Positions 61,634 through 64,000 of a stretch of 64,000 bases of DNA are shown piece after piece. This stretch comes from Flaccisagitta enflata (taxonomy: Eukaryota). Location: contig OZ231126.1 of the NCBI GenBank assembly GCA_965153355.1, positions 10,664,001 to 10,728,000 of the forward strand. The letters run 5' to 3'. Position numbers and translations under genes: made by a program. The notes beneath the pieces are model-generated. The model was given only the letters and a program-made list of their open reading frames with translations. It ran no database searches and was not told the origin of the DNA. Every line of letters starts with the position of its first letter. The stretch's first letter is position 1.

Positions 61634-62509
61634 ATTTCTTTCATATTTGTTTTGACCATTCATTTTTTCGTTTAACTAAATATTATTATCCAATAAAATT
61701 AAGTTATTTCTTTCTACTGTTTTTTACCATTTATTAGACTGTCCCGAAAACACTTGCACTGCGTCAGCGACATGTGCGTTCAGTCAGTGATAGAATGCGC
61801 GTCTCTATGAGAGGGAGAACCAATCGCCTCGGGTCCTCGCCATACCATACCCGTCACATTTGTCAAGAATCAGCCGATTGCTCAGCAAATGGTCGTAGAC
61901 TCTAATTTGCATATTTGTCACTGTATCATGGCCTTGCTTTTATTTGTCACTTTTTATCGCCATTTCTCAATATAAAATTAAGAATCAACACCAAATAAAT
62001 TGAACAAAAGAATATCATAAATAGAAAACAACTTATATTGATTCATTAGAACAAGTCTTTCTAAAACAACAAAACACATCACAGTTACAACTGAAACACA
62101 TTGATGATTTAGTCAGCTTTTTAACAAGGCCAAGTAGGCCAATGCGTTACCAACCAACAGACCAACGGACACAGCCAGTTATAGAGGTGCGTTGGCGCAC
62201 CTAAAAAGCGGCATCCTTTCTTAATATTAACAAAAGAACAAAGAGTTCACTAAATGTAATCGTTAACAGCAAAACAGCAGCAACAGTATAGCAGTATGTA
62301 TGAAGCAGAATCAGCAGCAGCAGCAGCAACACGTATGTAACACTCTGCTTGATATGCTGCTTCAATCTTTGTCTTATAAGAACAACAAAGCTGCAGCAGC
62401 TTAATGACAAAAGAACAGGTTGCTCAGCTTAGCCTTACCTTGATACACTCTTTCTAGTGACAGCATTACAGCAGCAGCAACAACAGATTGAAACATGAAA
62501 AAATGTCGC

Positions 62510-62582
62510 TGCTTCAGATGAGATTCGAACTCACAATCTTTGTCTTATAAGAACAACGCGTTGCCAATTACGCCACTGAAGC
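62510..62582 (-). tRNA. tRNA-Ile (anticodon UAU), intronless
   Basis: GCTTCAG TG GCGT AATTGGCA ACGC G TTGTT CT-TAT-AA GACAA AGATT GTGAG TTCGAAT CTCAT CTGAAGC A: all four stems pair, A and B boxes are present, and a T6 terminator lies at 62498-62503. Confidence 0.9.
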
Positions 62583-62804
62583 TGACTAGTTGAAAATATC
62601 AATCATTATCAATCCGACGAAATCTTCTTAGAAGTAAAAAGATTTTCCCGTTATCAAGAAGAGACCTCGACAATCTTTTCCATTTTCCGGCTTGACTGAA
62701 AAGAAAAGGGGAAGAATAGGAAAAAAGAAAAAGAAAAAGAATTGGTTCATGTGGACGGGGAAGGATAGAAAAGAGCAAAGGAACGGCTCGTGTTCTATTT
62801 ACAT

Positions 62805-62873
<69 letters not shown>

Positions 62874-63059
62874 CAACATATTATTCTAGAAAGTGAAAAC
62901 ATTTATCACGCTCTTTCGGCTCTGTTTATCTATCTCTATCTACGAGGCCAAATGATACGCGAAATGTTGACAGACCGCGAGAGTGAGGCGGAATGACCCG
63001 CGAAATGTTCACAAACCGCGAGAAGGCATTGGTAGTCCTATTAGTAAATTCTTATCTAC

Positions 63060-63885
63060 TGATGCAGATCCTGGATACTAAATACTTTATTCCCTTTTAT
63101 TCGATAAGTTCTTTTTATTTCATATAATGGTGGGACAAAAGACTTATAGGTGACAAGGACAGGTTAATTAGGTCTGTTTTATGCTTCACCAAGATCAAAG
63201 AGAGTAAAAGGAATGACCTTTTACGGGTTTCAACTAATTCATTAAAGATGGAAATGCAGATACTGGATACTGGATACTGGATACTGGATACTGGATACTT
63301 TATTCTTTCTTATGAGATAAAACTTTTTTTATATCATTTAATGGTGTGATAAAAGACTCTTAGGTGACAGGGACATGTTAATCAGGCCTGTTTTGTACTT
63401 CAGTAAGATCAAATAGAGTGAAAGGAATGACCTTTTACTGGTTTCAACAAATTTATCAAAGATGGTAATGCAGATACTGGATACTGGATACTGGATACTG
63501 GACACTTAATCCTTTCTTTTTAGATAAAACTGTTTTATATCATATAATGGTGTGATAAAAGACTTGTAGGTGACATGGACATGTTAATCAGGCCTGTTTT
63601 GTGCTTCAGTAAGATAACTTAGAGTAAAAGGACTGAGCTTTTACCGGTTTCAACTAATTCAATAAAGACGGTGATGCAGATACTGGATACTGGATACTGG
63701 ATACTGGATACTGGATACTGGATAATCTATTCTTTCTATATAGATAAGACTTTTTTTTCATAAAGTAGTGTGACAAAAGACATTTAGGTGACATAGACAT
63801 GTTAATTAGGCCTGTTTTGTGCTTCAGCAAGATTAAAGAGAGTGAAAGGTTAAAGATGACGATGCAGATCCTGGATACTAAGGCC
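63060..63885. repeat. Degenerate tandem array (~200-215 bp unit, ~4 copies) with internal (GGATACT)n
   Basis: gatgcagatactggatac... and taggtgaca...gttaatcaggcctgtttt blocks recur. Confidence 0.85.
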
Positions 63886-64000
63886 TTGCGCATGGCATTT
63901 TTTTCCACGGTTTCGGTTCGGGTTCGGAATACCTCAAAACCTTTCCTCGGGTTTATAACGGGTTTGCATTGGTTTTCTAAGTAAATATAGTGATGAAAGG

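Noticed and set aside
63060-64000. Maverick terminal inverted repeat
   Set aside because: No (AGT)n-type terminus or inverted partner in the window; only a tandem array is evident.

Overview
Repeat-rich eukaryotic (probably invertebrate animal) genomic DNA. The left part holds the last three coding exons of a polycystin-2 (PKD2/TRPP)-like gene among satellites, MITEs and Helentron-type non-autonomous elements. The middle is a ~17 kb hAT-type TIR element with an 8-bp TSD. Nested in it are an 81-bp satellite, a 5.8 kb LTR-like element lacking pol, a ~375-bp tandem array and an R4/Dong-like RLE LINE inserted in a (GA)n microsatellite. Next come a spliced low-complexity minus-strand gene with an in-frame stop and a 5'-truncated CR1-like LINE. 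The most unusual part is 51.75-62.6 kb, a compact co-oriented cluster of intron-containing genes. It encodes the C-terminal half of an A32/FtsK-type viral packaging ATPase (Maverick/Polinton/adintovirus-like), a ~1,250-aa orphan and a signal-peptide/mucin/TM glycoprotein, followed by an intronless tRNA-Ile(UAU). I read this as a remnant of an intron-rich endogenous Polinton-like virus. Protein identities come from motif recognition by eye, not from database searches.
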